Assembly (NCBI GenBank): GCA_949300115.1
Contig: CASGDD010000040.1
Location: forward strand, 1 to 56,298
From: an uncultured Oscillospiraceae bacterium
GTDB lineage: Bacteria > Bacillota > Clostridia > Oscillospirales > Ruminococcaceae
Direction: 5' to 3'
DNA length: 56,298 nt
The notes under the pieces were generated by a model that saw only the letters and a list, made by a program, of their open reading frames with translations, was not told the DNA's origin and did no database searches. Made by a program: the position numbers and the translations under genes. Within the stretch, counting starts at the first letter, position 1. Each line of letters begins with the position of its first letter. Of the stretch, positions 17,797 through 27,759 are shown piece after piece.

Positions 17797-19261
17797 GGGG
17801 CATCCCTTTCACTATGAAATGGAGCATCTTACGCGGATGTTCTACCCGGCCGATCCGGTCGAGGTATTCGACGGAACACCGGCGGAAACGCGTCCGGACG
17901 ATGTCATCACCTGCCGGCAGGGGGAGACCCTTGCGGTGCGGATGGGCGGGGAGCCGCCGCTGACCGCGCCCGCTTCGGGGGAGGCACGGGAGGACGAGCG
18001 CCGGATGGCGGTGCTGCTCTACCGGCTGCTCTCGGGGAAGACCGGCATGCAGCCGCCCTGGGGGATTCTCACCGGTGTCCGGCCGATCAAGCTGGTGCGG
18101 GAGGCGATCGAACGGGGCATGACCCCCGACGCCATCCGGGCCGACTTTGCAGGACGCTATCTCATCGCGCCCGAGCGGATCGAGCTTGCCATCGAGACCG
18201 AGGCGGTCGAGCGGGAGATGCAGCTGCCCTGCGGCGACGACCGCTACAGCCTCTATGTCGGCATCCCCTTCTGCCCCAGCCGGTGCAGCTACTGCTCCTT
18301 CATCTCGCAGGAGGCGCCCCGCCAGCAGGGGCTGATCGACGACTATGTCGACCATCTGCGGCGGGAGATCGAGGAAACCGCCCGCATCGCGGCTGCCTGT
18401 TCGCTGCACTGCGACACCATCTACATCGGCGGCGGCACCCCGACCACCCTCAGCGCCAGTCAGATGGCGCGGCTGTGCGGGACGATCGCTGGCTGTTATG
18501 ACCTCGGCGCCATCCGGGAATTCACCGTCGAGGCCGGCCGCCCGGATACCATCACCGAGGAAAAGCTGCGGGGGCTGCTGGACGCGGGCGTCAGTCGCAT
18601 CAGCATCAATCCCCAGACGCTCGATGACCGGGTACTCGAGTCGATTGGACGGCGGCATACCGCCAGGGAGACGATCGATGCCTTCCACCTCGCGCGCGCG
18701 GTGGGGATGGACAACATCAACATGGACCTGATCGCCGGGCTGCCGGGGGACACCCCCGAAGGCTTCTCCCGCACCCTCGACGGCATCTTTGCCCTCGAGC
18801 CCGACTCGATCACCGTCCATACCCTCTCGATCAAACGCTCCTCCCGCTACGGCGGCAGCGACCGTGCCGCCCTGCTCGCGCGGGTGGGGGATGTCGGCCG
18901 GATGCTCGCCGAGGCGCGGACACGGATGGCGGCGGGCGGCTACCGTCCCTACTACCTCTACCGGCAGAAGAACACGATGGGCAACCTCGAGAATGTCGGC
19001 TATGCCCGCCCCGGCAAGGAGGGGCTCTACAATGTGCTCATCATGGACGAGCGGCACAGCATTCTGGCGACCGGCGCCGGCGCCTCCACCAAGCTGGTAA
19101 CGGGGGGCGGCGAATGGATCACGCGGATCCACAACTACAAGTATCCGGCCGAATATCTGGGGGGATTTTCCAATATCCTAGAGAGAAAAAGAAAGGTGGC
19201 GGAGTTTTATGAAATTCGGCAGCCGAAGCATCAAACAGGTGGCGGCGAGCTGGGTCAATGA
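17780..19261 (+). CDS. hemZ: Radical-SAM coproporphyrinogen dehydrogenase-like protein HemZ
   Basis: HemZ-type N-terminus (HPFHYEMEHLTRMF) and radical-SAM motif CPSRCSYCSF. Confidence 0.8.
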   Translation: MRVVNEGHPFHYEMEHLTRMFYPADPVEVFDGTPAETRPDDVITCRQGETLAVRMGGEPPLTAPASGEAREDERRMAVLLYRLLSGKTGMQPPWGILTGVRPIKLVREAIERGMTPDAIRADFAGRYLIAPERIELAIETEAVEREMQLPCGDDRYSLYVGIPFCPSRCSYCSFISQEAPRQQGLIDDYVDHLRREIEETARIAAACSLHCDTIYIGGGTPTTLSASQMARLCGTIAGCYDLGAIREFTVEAGRPDTITEEKLRGLLDAGVSRISINPQTLDDRVLESIGRRHTARETIDAFHLARAVGMDNINMDLIAGLPGDTPEGFSRTLDGIFALEPDSITVHTLSIKRSSRYGGSDRAALLARVGDVGRMLAEARTRMAAGGYRPYYLYRQKNTMGNLENVGYARPGKEGLYNVLIMDERHSILATGAGASTKLVTGGGEWITRIHNYKYPAEYLGGFSNILERKRKVAEFYEIRQPKHQTGGGELGQ

Positions 19262-20147
19262 GCTCGCCCTGCGGGATGCGGCCACCTTGATCGGCGACGG
19301 GGAGCGGTACTACCACCGCAATGTCTCGGAGGTCGCCGACTATCTGTTCGAACATCACGGCAGCGTTCGGATTCTGCTGCTGGCCGGTCCGAGCGCGTCG
19401 GGCAAGACGACCACCGCCCGCAAGATCAGCGCCCTGCTCCAACAGAAGGGGATGCAGGCGCCGGTGGTTTCGCTCGACGATTTCTACCGCAATACGGCCG
19501 ACCTGCCGCTCGAGGCGGATGGGCGGCCGGACTATGAGACGCTCGACGCGCTCGATGTCCCCGAAATCCAGCGCTGCTTTACCGAGCTGGTCGAGACGGG
19601 GGCGAGCGAGCTGCCCCGCTTTGACTTTTCCCACAAGCGCAGGGCCAAGCGCCGCACCTCCATCCGCCTGGGGGCGGAAGGGGTGCTCATCGTCGAGGGC
19701 ATCCACGCGCTCAACCCGGTTCTGGTCAGCGGGCTGGGGGATACCGGCTTTCTGCGCATCTACATCAGCGTGCTGACCGAGCTGGTGGAGGGGGAGGAGA
19801 CCGTCCTCTCCGCCCGGGACTGCCGGCTGATCCGCCGGATTGTCCGGGATCAGCGGCACCGCGGTTCCCCGATGGAGGAGACGCTCGACATGTGGGAATC
19901 GGTCTGCCGGGGGGAAGAACGGTGGATCCAGCCGTTCGCACAGACCGCCGACGCGATGATCGATTCGATGCACTACTACGAACCCTGCATCTACCCGAGC
20001 TTCCTCCGGGGCGCGATTGCGACCGTCCCGGCGGACAGCCGGTATGCCGGTACGGCGGCCCGTTTAAACCGGCTGCTCGACCGGTTCCAGGCGCTCGATC
20101 CCGCCTGCACGCCGGAGGACAGCCTTTTACAGGAATTTATCGGATAA
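19209..20147 (+). CDS. Uridine kinase/phosphoribulokinase-family nucleoside kinase
   Basis: Walker A GPSASGKTT, DDFY motif and the LIVEGIHALN segment. GGCGGAG RBS. Overlaps the hemZ 3' end by 53 nt. Confidence 0.7.
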   Translation: MKFGSRSIKQVAASWVNELALRDAATLIGDGERYYHRNVSEVADYLFEHHGSVRILLLAGPSASGKTTTARKISALLQQKGMQAPVVSLDDFYRNTADLPLEADGRPDYETLDALDVPEIQRCFTELVETGASELPRFDFSHKRRAKRRTSIRLGAEGVLIVEGIHALNPVLVSGLGDTGFLRIYISVLTELVEGEETVLSARDCRLIRRIVRDQRHRGSPMEETLDMWESVCRGEERWIQPFAQTADAMIDSMHYYEPCIYPSFLRGAIATVPADSRYAGTAARLNRLLDRFQALDPACTPEDSLLQEFIG

Positions 20148-20182
20148 CAGGGGGCGGCACAGGCCGCAGGGAGGTATACAAA

Positions 20183-20623
20183 ATGGATATTATGGACGAA
20201 GTTTTCCAGTCTGCAAAGCAGGCGTTCGGTTTTGCCAGCCAGAAAACGGGGGAAGCGATTGAGATCGGCAAGCTGCAGCTCAAGGTTACCCAGGCCCAGG
20301 CGGAGATCCGCAAGCTGTATGAGCAGATTGGCAGCATGATCTATCTAAGCCGTAAAAACGGCAGCGATCCCAGTACGATGGTTGACAGCCTGGTGCATCA
20401 GATCGACCGGCTGTCGGCCGAGATCGACGCGGTGCAGGCGCGTATCCAGCAGCTGCGCCAGCTGATCAAATGCACCCGCTGCGGTGCGCAGAACGCGAAG
20501 GACGCCCTTTACTGTTCCCGCTGCGGCGCGCCGCTGAAGGCCGCGCCGGCAGAGCCCGAGCCCGAGACGGTTTCGGAGCCGGCGGCGGAGGCGCCCGATG
20601 CCACCGAAAATCAACCGCAGTAA
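20183..20623 (+). CDS. Zinc-ribbon domain protein with N-terminal coiled coil
   Basis: CTRCGAQN...CSRCGAPL zinc ribbon. ATG at 20183 preceded by GGGAGG. Confidence 0.6.
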   Translation: MDIMDEVFQSAKQAFGFASQKTGEAIEIGKLQLKVTQAQAEIRKLYEQIGSMIYLSRKNGSDPSTMVDSLVHQIDRLSAEIDAVQARIQQLRQLIKCTRCGAQNAKDALYCSRCGAPLKAAPAEPEPETVSEPAAEAPDATENQPQ

Positions 20624-20643
20624 CCGGGGAAGGGGGATCCCAG

Positions 20644-21471
20644 ATGCCGCACGACTATGAAAGCTGTCTTGCCGCGGCCGGCTATCTCGCCGAACGGACG
20701 GGGATGCGGCCGGAAATCGCACTGGTGCTCGGCTCCGGGCTGGGCAGCCTGGCGGACGAGGTGGAGGGGGCGACGGTCATCCCCTATGGGGAGATCCCCG
20801 GCTTTCTCCTTTCGACGGCGCCCGATCATGCCGGCAAGCTGGTGGCCGGACGGATTGCCGGGCGGCCGGTGGCGGTGATGTCCGGACGGTTCCACTGCTA
20901 TGAGGGCTATTCGATGGCCGAGTCGTCCGCCTATGTCCGGGTGCTCCGGCTGTGGGGGGTAAAAAGCCTCATCCTCACCAACGCGGCCGGCTCGATCAAC
21001 CCGGACAACCGTCCGGGCGATCTGATGCTCCTGACCGACCACATCAAGCTGCAGAAGGAGAGCCCGCTCGCCGGACCCAACGATACACGGTTCGGCCCCC
21101 GCTTTTTCGATATGACCCGCTGTTATGACCCCGACTATCAGGCGCTTGCCCGCCGCTGTGCCGCTGCGCTGGGGATTCCGCTGAAGGAGGGGGTCTATAT
21201 CTACTTTGCCGGCCCCCAGTTTGAGACACCCGCCGAAATCCGGGCGGCCCGGCTGCTCGGCGCCGATGCGGTGGGGATGTCCACCGTGCCCGAGGTGATC
21301 ACCGCCGCCCACTGCGGGCTGCGTACCGTTGCCATCTCCTGCCTGACCAACATGGCGGCGGGGGTGGAGCCCGGGCCGGTCACCGGCGAGGAGGTCAACC
21401 GGACGGCTGCCAGCGCTTCCGCCCGCTTCCGGCAGCTGCTGCGGCGGATGGTGGAAATGATGGACGTGTAA
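20644..21471 (+). CDS. punA: Purine nucleoside phosphorylase (trimeric PNP-I family)
   Basis: VLGSGLG, SGRFHCYEGY, TNAAGSIN and GPQFETPAE motifs. Confidence 0.9.
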   Translation: MPHDYESCLAAAGYLAERTGMRPEIALVLGSGLGSLADEVEGATVIPYGEIPGFLLSTAPDHAGKLVAGRIAGRPVAVMSGRFHCYEGYSMAESSAYVRVLRLWGVKSLILTNAAGSINPDNRPGDLMLLTDHIKLQKESPLAGPNDTRFGPRFFDMTRCYDPDYQALARRCAAALGIPLKEGVYIYFAGPQFETPAEIRAARLLGADAVGMSTVPEVITAAHCGLRTVAISCLTNMAAGVEPGPVTGEEVNRTAASASARFRQLLRRMVEMMDV

Positions 21472-21494
21472 CGATGATTCAGGAGGTATCCCGC

Positions 21495-22784
21495 ATGTTC
21501 GATCTGCTCTTTGAAAAGGTCGCCTATATGGACGAGACGGGGACGCTCTGCCGGGAGCGGTATGTCGGGGTGACCGGCGACCGCATCCGCTATCTCGGGA
21601 CGGACAAGCCCCCCGAGGCTGCCCGCCGCACGATCGACGGTAGCCACCGGCTGCTGCTGCCCGGTTTTGTCAACACCCACTGCCATGTGCCGATGACCCT
21701 CCTCCGCGGCTATGGAGAGGGGCTGCGGCTGCAGGATTGGCTGTATACCCGCATCTTCCCCTTCGAGGGCAAGCTTACCGGCGACGACGTCTACTACGCG
21801 AGCCTGCTCGGTATCGCCGAGATGCTGCGCAGCGGGGTGAGCTCCTTTACCGACATGTACTTCGAATGTGACCGGATCATCGAGGCCTGCACCGAAAGCG
21901 GCATCAAGGCGAACATCGCCTGGGGCATCTCGGGTCAGGACCCCTCCTTCGAGGCGAACAGCCGCTATGGGATTGTCGAGCGGTGGATGACCCCCTATCG
22001 CGACCCGACCGGACGGGTGCGGACCGAGCAGTCGGTCCACGCCGAGTACACCTGCTCGGAGGCGCTGGTGCGGGATGTCGCGGCCTATGCGAAGGCACAC
22101 GGCGCCCGGATGCAGGTCCATCTTGCCGAGACCAAGACGGAGCAGGCGGAATGCATCGAGCGGCACGGGGTCACCCCCACCCGTTTCTTCCTCGACTGCG
22201 GCGTCTTTGAGGTGCCGACGACCGCCGCCCACTGTGTCTGGGTCACGCCGGAGGATATCGGCATTCTCGCCGACCATGGGGTCACGATGGCCCACTGTCC
22301 GACCAGCAATCTCAAACTCGCGAGCGGCATCGCGCCTGCCTGGGCGATGCATCAGGCGGGGGTCAATGTCTCGATCGGCACCGACGGCGCCTCCTCCAAC
22401 AACAACCTCAACATGCTCGAGGAGATCGCGCTGGCCGCCCTGCTGCAGAAAGCGAAGACGGGCGACCCGACGGTGATGCATCCCGCCGAGGTGCTGCGGA
22501 TGGCCAGCCGGAATGGCGCCATCTCCCAGGGGCGGGAGGACTGCGGACAGATTGCCGAGGGCTGTAAGGCCGACCTCATCCTCTTCGACCTCTCGGCGCC
22601 CCATCTCCAGCCGGAGGACGAGATGCTGGCCCATGTTGTCCACGCGGCCTCGGCCGAGGACATCTGTATGAATGTGATTGACGGACAGGTGGTGTGCGAA
22701 AACGGCGTACCCTGCCATATCGACCTGGAACGGGTGATCTTTGAGGTCAACGCCCGTAAACGCCGCATCCTGTCCGAGCTGTAA
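21495..22784 (+). CDS. mtaD: Amidohydrolase; 5-methylthioadenosine/S-adenosylhomocysteine deaminase-like
   Basis: PGFVNTHCHVPMTLLRG metal motif and the HLAETK and GTDGASSNN motifs. ATG at 21495 has an AGGAGG RBS. Confidence 0.8.
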   Translation: MFDLLFEKVAYMDETGTLCRERYVGVTGDRIRYLGTDKPPEAARRTIDGSHRLLLPGFVNTHCHVPMTLLRGYGEGLRLQDWLYTRIFPFEGKLTGDDVYYASLLGIAEMLRSGVSSFTDMYFECDRIIEACTESGIKANIAWGISGQDPSFEANSRYGIVERWMTPYRDPTGRVRTEQSVHAEYTCSEALVRDVAAYAKAHGARMQVHLAETKTEQAECIERHGVTPTRFFLDCGVFEVPTTAAHCVWVTPEDIGILADHGVTMAHCPTSNLKLASGIAPAWAMHQAGVNVSIGTDGASSNNNLNMLEEIALAALLQKAKTGDPTVMHPAEVLRMASRNGAISQGREDCGQIAEGCKADLILFDLSAPHLQPEDEMLAHVVHAASAEDICMNVIDGQVVCENGVPCHIDLERVIFEVNARKRRILSEL

Positions 22785-22832
22785 ACCCATCCCAGGGGCG
22801 GAACGCCGCCCGGAAAGCAAGGAGGAACCCTC

Positions 22833-24938
22833 ATGGACAAAATGAAACTGACCGACCGCTTTGGTATGCACGTCTTTGATGACCGCGTCATGCGCGAACG
22901 GCTGCCCAAGGAGACCTATCTCGCGCTGCAGGGCGCGATGCGCCGGGGCGGCGAGCTGTCGCTCGAGGTTGCCGATGTCGTCGCGAGCGCGATGAAGGAT
23001 TGGGCCATCGAGCAGGGCGCCACCCACTACGCCCATTGGTTCCAGCCGCTGGGCGGTCTGTCGGCCGAAAAGCATGAGGCCTTCCTTTCCCCGCTGGGGA
23101 TGGGCGGCGCCATCACCGAGTTTTCCGGCCGGATGCTGGTGCGCGGCGAGGCGGACGGCTCCTCCTTCCCGACCGGCGGCCTGCGGCAGGTGTTTGAGGC
23201 CCGCGGCTATACCGTCTGGGATTGCACCTCCCCCGCCTTTCTCAAATCGGATGCGAGCGGGATGACCCTCTGCATCCCCACCGCCTTCTGCTCCTGGGGC
23301 GGGGAGGCGCTCGATGAGAAGACCCCGCTGCTGCGTTCGATGCGCGTCCTTTCCAAACATGCGCTGCGCCTGCTGCATCTCTTCGGCGACCACAGCGTGC
23401 GCGGGATCTCTCCCTGTGTCGGGCCGGAACAGGAGTATTTTCTGGTCGATCAGGGACAGTTCCAGGCCAGGACCGACCTGCGGCTGGCGGGGCATACCCT
23501 CTTTGGGGCCCGCCCGCCCAAATGCCAGGAGCTCTCCGACCATTACAACGCGATTATGAACGAACGGATCGTCGGTTTTATGCGCGAGCTGGATGAGGCG
23601 CTGTGGAAGATGGGGGTACCGGCCAAGACCCAGCACAACGAGGCGGCGCCTGCCCAGCATGAACTTGCCTGCGTCTATGCGAGCGCCAACATCGCGAGTG
23701 ACCACAATCAGATTGTCATGGAGACGCTGCGCCGGGTGGCGGCCCATCACGGCCTCCGCTGCCTGCTCGACGAGAAGCCGTTCGCCTACATCAACGGTTC
23801 GGGCAAGCACAACAACTGGTCGATCGCGACCGACGACGGGCAGAATGTCTTCGAGCCGGGCGATACCCCCTATGAGAACGCGAAATTTCTCGTCTTTCTC
23901 TGCGCGGTGATCCGGGCGGTCGACCGCTATGCGCCGCTGCTGCGGCTGGCCTGTGCGTCGGCCAACAACGACCGCCGTCTGGGCGGCCATGAGGCGCCCC
24001 CCGCCATCCTTTCGATCTATCTGGGTGAATCGATCCAGCAGGTGCTGCGCGACGTCGCCGAGCGGACGGGTGAACGGGCGGGTGAGTGCGGCCGGATCAT
24101 GGACTTTGGGGTGCCCAGCCTGCCCAAGATGTATGCCGACAGCGCCGACCGCAACCGCACCGCGCCCTTTGCCTTCACCGGCAACAAGTTCGAGCTGCGG
24201 ATGCTGGGCGCGTCGATGTCGGTCAGCTTTGTCAACACCATCCTCAACACCATCGTGGCCGAGAGCCTCGATGAATTTGCCAGCCGGCTGGAATCGGCCG
24301 ACGACTTTGACACCGAGATCCAGCAGATCATCACCGACACCTGGCGGGAGAACGGCCGCATCCTCTTTGAGGGGGACGGCTACTCGCAGGATTGGTATGA
24401 GGAGGCCCGCCGCCGGGGGCTCGCCAACCTCGCGACGACGGTCGACTGCGTCCCCGTGCTGCTCTCGCAGGAGACGGTCGATCTCTTCGGATGGTACGGC
24501 GTCTATTCGGAAAGCGAGCTGCGGGCGCGCTATGACGTGCTGCTCGAGCAATACCAGAAGACGGTCACCATCGACGCCCGGGTGATGGTCGATATGGCCC
24601 GCCGGGAGATCTTCCCCGCTGTCAGCCGCTATGCCTCCGAGCTGGCGGAGGGATGCCAGCGGGTGCGGGCGGTTGGGCTCACCGGTGGGGCGCAGGAGAC
24701 GCGGCTGCGGGAGCTGCTTGAAGGGATCGACCGGCTCGAAGGGTGCACCACGGCGCTCGAGGGGCTGATCGGCGAGGGCTTCTCGATCGAGATCTCGCTG
24801 CAGAACGCCGCGCGCTGCCGGGATGAGCTGCTGCCGGCGATGGACGCGCTGCGGGAGGTGGCCGACCGGCTGGAGAAGCTCTGCGACCGCGCGGCCTGGC
24901 CGTTCCCCACCTACTTTGATCTGCTGCACGACGCCTAA
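22833..24938 (+). CDS. glnA: Glutamine synthetase, type III
   Basis: About 700 aa. N-terminus FGMHVFDDRVMRERLPKETY...HYAHWFQPL is typical of GS-III. AAGGAGG RBS. Confidence 0.9.
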   Translation: MDKMKLTDRFGMHVFDDRVMRERLPKETYLALQGAMRRGGELSLEVADVVASAMKDWAIEQGATHYAHWFQPLGGLSAEKHEAFLSPLGMGGAITEFSGRMLVRGEADGSSFPTGGLRQVFEARGYTVWDCTSPAFLKSDASGMTLCIPTAFCSWGGEALDEKTPLLRSMRVLSKHALRLLHLFGDHSVRGISPCVGPEQEYFLVDQGQFQARTDLRLAGHTLFGARPPKCQELSDHYNAIMNERIVGFMRELDEALWKMGVPAKTQHNEAAPAQHELACVYASANIASDHNQIVMETLRRVAAHHGLRCLLDEKPFAYINGSGKHNNWSIATDDGQNVFEPGDTPYENAKFLVFLCAVIRAVDRYAPLLRLACASANNDRRLGGHEAPPAILSIYLGESIQQVLRDVAERTGERAGECGRIMDFGVPSLPKMYADSADRNRTAPFAFTGNKFELRMLGASMSVSFVNTILNTIVAESLDEFASRLESADDFDTEIQQIITDTWRENGRILFEGDGYSQDWYEEARRRGLANLATTVDCVPVLLSQETVDLFGWYGVYSESELRARYDVLLEQYQKTVTIDARVMVDMARREIFPAVSRYASELAEGCQRVRAVGLTGGAQETRLRELLEGIDRLEGCTTALEGLIGEGFSIEISLQNAARCRDELLPAMDALREVADRLEKLCDRAAWPFPTYFDLLHDA

Positions 24939-24982
24939 AGCCGCGGGAGACCCGAACCGCGGCCCATGACCGCACCATCGCT

Positions 24983-25023
24983 GCCGCGCAAAAGGGGCCA
25001 GGCGCCGCCTTTGCGCGGCTTTG
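24983..25023 (+). terminator. Intrinsic terminator after glnA
   Basis: 10-bp stem GCCGCGCAAA/TTTGCGCGGC followed by TTTG. Confidence 0.55.
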
Positions 25024-25040
25024 CGATCCCGGGGGTTGGG

Positions 25041-25069
25041 GTATAAGCCGCGCCGGCGGTCCATAGAAT
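25041..25069 (+). promoter_or_regulatory. Possible sigma-E-like promoter upstream of the YabM/SpoVB-like gene
   Basis: GTATAAG, 14-nt spacer, CATAGAAT. Three mismatches in total against the recalled sigma-E consensus ZHATAXX-14-CATACAHT. Confidence 0.3.
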
Positions 25070-25120
25070 GAAGGGAAAAGGCCGCGGAGCCCGCTCCCGG
25101 CGGTGGAAGGGAGGAATCGG

Positions 25121-26866
25121 ATGCGCAGGAAAACGGGGCCGCAGAGCTTTCTGACCGGTGCGATCATCCTGTCGTCGGCGACCATCGTTGTTAAGCTGAT
25201 CGGCGCCGCCTTCAAGATCCCGCTCACCAACCTGCTGGGCGGGGAGGGGATGGGCTATTTTATGACCGCCTACGGCCTCTTTAACCCGATCTATGCCCTC
25301 GCCGTCGCCGGGCTGCCGGTGGCCGTCTCCCGGCTGGTGGCGGAATATGCGGCCCAGCGCCGCTGGCGGGACTGCCGCCGCATCCGCCGGGTGAGCAGCC
25401 TGCTCTTTCTTGCCGCCGGGCTCATCGGTTCGCTGGTGATGGTTGTGGGCGCGAAGCCGTTTGTCCGCTTCGTTGGCAATGAGGCCGCCCTCTATCCGGT
25501 GTTGGCGATGGCGCCGGCGGTGCTCTTCGGCTGCCTGACCGCCGCCTACCGGGGCTATTACCAGGGGTTGGGCAATATGATCCCCACCGCCCTCTCCCAG
25601 GTGGTCGAAGCGGGGGTCAAGCTGATTGCCGGCTATGCACTGGCCGCCCTCGCGATGGCAAAGCTCACCGAGGGCTACCGCGCGACCGGCTATGTGATGA
25701 ATGTTCTGCCGGACAATGCCGCCCAAGCCGAGCAGATGATCCTCGCGCTCGCGGCGGCGGGGGCTGTTTTGGGCATCGCGCTGAGCACCCTTGCGGGAAC
25801 GCTCTGCCTCTTCTGCCGCGCCCATTTCCGCGGTGATGGCATCGACCGTGCCATGCTGCAGGCCGCCCCCCGTCCCCACCCGGGCGGGGTGATGCTGGGG
25901 GCGCTGCTGCGCATCGCGCTGCCGGTCTGCATTGCGACGGTGGTGACCAATCTGACCTCGGTGATCGATCTGACCACCGTTCTGACCCGGCTGGATACCG
26001 CCATCCGTGCCGATCCCGACTATTTTCACGCCCGCTATGCGGCGGTGCTGGCCAGCGGCATCACCGCGGCCGAGCTGCCCAATTTTCTGCATGGCAGCTA
26101 TCAGGCGATGGTCATCACCCTCTTTAACATCATCCCCTCGCTGACCGCCGCCTTCGGTACCAGCGCGCTGCCGGCGGTCGCCGCCGCCTGGGCGGTCGGC
26201 AACCGGACGGCGCTCAGCCGGCATATCGCGGCGGTGGTCCGCGTCACCGCGTTGGTGGCGATTCCCGCCGGGCTGGGCCTTGCGGCGCTGGCGAATCCCA
26301 TCCTCGAAACCCTCTACCACGGCCGGTCGCTCGAGATTGCGGCGGTGGCGCCGCTCCTGCGCATCATGGGCCCCGCCGCCATCTTCGCGGCGCTGGTCAC
26401 CCCCATCTACGCCTGCCTGCAGGCGGTGGGGAGGCAGGACCTGCCGGTCAAGCTGGTCCTCACCGGAGCGGGGGTCAAGTTCCTGCTCAACTATCTGCTC
26501 ACCGGCATTCCCACGGTCGGCATCGCCGGCGCCCCCATCAGCTCGCTCTGTTCCTTTGCGGTGATCGTGGCGGCGGCACTCGTCCAATTGATCCGGGTCA
26601 CCGGGGTGCGTCCCCGGCTGGCGGCCGCCTTCCTCAAGCCGTTGGCCGCCGGCATCCTCTGCGCGGTGACGGCGGTGGCGGCCCATGATCTGCTGCTGCG
26701 CTGGCTGCCCTCCGCGGCGGCGACCCTGCTCGCGGTCGGTGCGGGCGGGCTCGGCTATGGGGTGGGGCTGCTGCTGGTCCGGGGGATCCTCCGGGAGGAT
26801 CTGCTCATGCTGCCGGGGGGAGAAAAAATCGCCCAAATACTTGAAAAATACCGGCTGATAGGGTAA
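25121..26866 (+). CDS. MOP-superfamily polysaccharide biosynthesis protein / flippase (YabM/SpoVB-like)
   Basis: About 14 TM segments and an MOP-type N-terminus (GAIILSSATIVVKLIGAAFKIPLTNLLG). Sits upstream of mazG as in B. subtilis yabM. ATG at 25121 has a GGAAGGGAGG RBS. Confidence 0.75.
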   Translation: MRRKTGPQSFLTGAIILSSATIVVKLIGAAFKIPLTNLLGGEGMGYFMTAYGLFNPIYALAVAGLPVAVSRLVAEYAAQRRWRDCRRIRRVSSLLFLAAGLIGSLVMVVGAKPFVRFVGNEAALYPVLAMAPAVLFGCLTAAYRGYYQGLGNMIPTALSQVVEAGVKLIAGYALAALAMAKLTEGYRATGYVMNVLPDNAAQAEQMILALAAAGAVLGIALSTLAGTLCLFCRAHFRGDGIDRAMLQAAPRPHPGGVMLGALLRIALPVCIATVVTNLTSVIDLTTVLTRLDTAIRADPDYFHARYAAVLASGITAAELPNFLHGSYQAMVITLFNIIPSLTAAFGTSALPAVAAAWAVGNRTALSRHIAAVVRVTALVAIPAGLGLAALANPILETLYHGRSLEIAAVAPLLRIMGPAAIFAALVTPIYACLQAVGRQDLPVKLVLTGAGVKFLLNYLLTGIPTVGIAGAPISSLCSFAVIVAAALVQLIRVTGVRPRLAAAFLKPLAAGILCAVTAVAAHDLLLRWLPSAAATLLAVGAGGLGYGVGLLLVRGILREDLLMLPGGEKIAQILEKYRLIG

Positions 26867-26913
26867 GATAGTATCTATGCTGCGCCGGCCGCGCCGGCCG
26901 GGAGGTCGTTTGT

Positions 26914-27714
26914 ATGGATTTTCAGCGGAAAGAGGCCTACGGGGTGTATGATCTCGAGGAGATCATGACCATACTAAGGGGCGAAGGCGGCTGCCCGTGG
27001 GATCGCGAGCAGGACCACCACTCGATTCGAAACAACTTCCTCGAGGAAACCTACGAGGCGATCGACGCGATCGACCGGGAGGACCCCGAGGCGCTGCGGG
27101 AGGAGTTGGGCGATGTCCTGCTGCAGGTGGTCTTCCATGCCCAGATGGAGGCGGAGAAGGGCGGCTTTACGCTGGATGACGTCGCCGACGGCATCTGTAA
27201 AAAGCTGATTCTGCGCCATCCGCACATCTTCGGCGATACGGTGGCCGCCACCTCGGAGGAGGTCCTCCGCAACTGGGACGCCATCAAGCAGGTGGAGAAG
27301 GGACAGAAGACCAAGACGGATACCCTCGTCAGCGTCCCCAAAGCCTTCCCCGGGCTGATGCGGGCGCAGAAGGTCCAGTCCCGGGCGGCCAAGGCCGGCT
27401 TCGACTACGACAGTCTGGACGGCGCCTTCAGCGAGATGGAGGACGAGGTGGCCGAGCTGTGGCGGGCGATTGAAACGGGCGAACGGGCCGGGATCGAGGA
27501 GGAGCTGGGTGACCTGCTCTTCGCGGCGGTCAATGTGGCGCGTTTTGTCCGGGCGGATGCCGAGGAGATGATCGGGCGCGCGTCCGACAAGTTTATCGAC
27601 CGCTTCCGGGTGGTGGAAACATTGGCCGCCGAGCGCGGGCTGGAGCTGCGCCAGATGACGCTGGACGAGCTGACCGCCCTGTGGAATGAGGCCAAGGAGA
27701 AGCTGCAAGGTTGA
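26914..27714 (+). CDS. mazG: Nucleoside triphosphate pyrophosphohydrolase MazG
   Basis: GCPWDREQ, EETYEAIDAI and two EELGDxL repeats of the tandem MazG domains. Confidence 0.9.
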   Translation: MDFQRKEAYGVYDLEEIMTILRGEGGCPWDREQDHHSIRNNFLEETYEAIDAIDREDPEALREELGDVLLQVVFHAQMEAEKGGFTLDDVADGICKKLILRHPHIFGDTVAATSEEVLRNWDAIKQVEKGQKTKTDTLVSVPKAFPGLMRAQKVQSRAAKAGFDYDSLDGAFSEMEDEVAELWRAIETGERAGIEEELGDLLFAAVNVARFVRADAEEMIGRASDKFIDRFRVVETLAAERGLELRQMTLDELTALWNEAKEKLQG

Positions 27715-27759
27715 CTTCAGGCTTTTGTGGTCTGATGCAAATAGAAGGAGGAAGAAAAA

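Noticed and set aside
21201-25064. A 1287-aa minus-strand ORF spanning three plus-strand genes.
   Set aside because: It is a shadow ORF typical of high-GC DNA. It is antisense to punA, mtaD and glnA, all of which have unmistakable family motifs. Its translation is Arg/Gly/Pro/Ala-rich low complexity with no recognisable domain, RBS or promoter.
27711-27759. A sigma-A promoter for hup starting with the TTGACT that overlaps the mazG stop.
   Set aside because: The -35 is good, but I could find no acceptable -10 hexamer at 16-18 nt spacing; only GATGCA or CAAATA at wrong distances. I left it uncalled.
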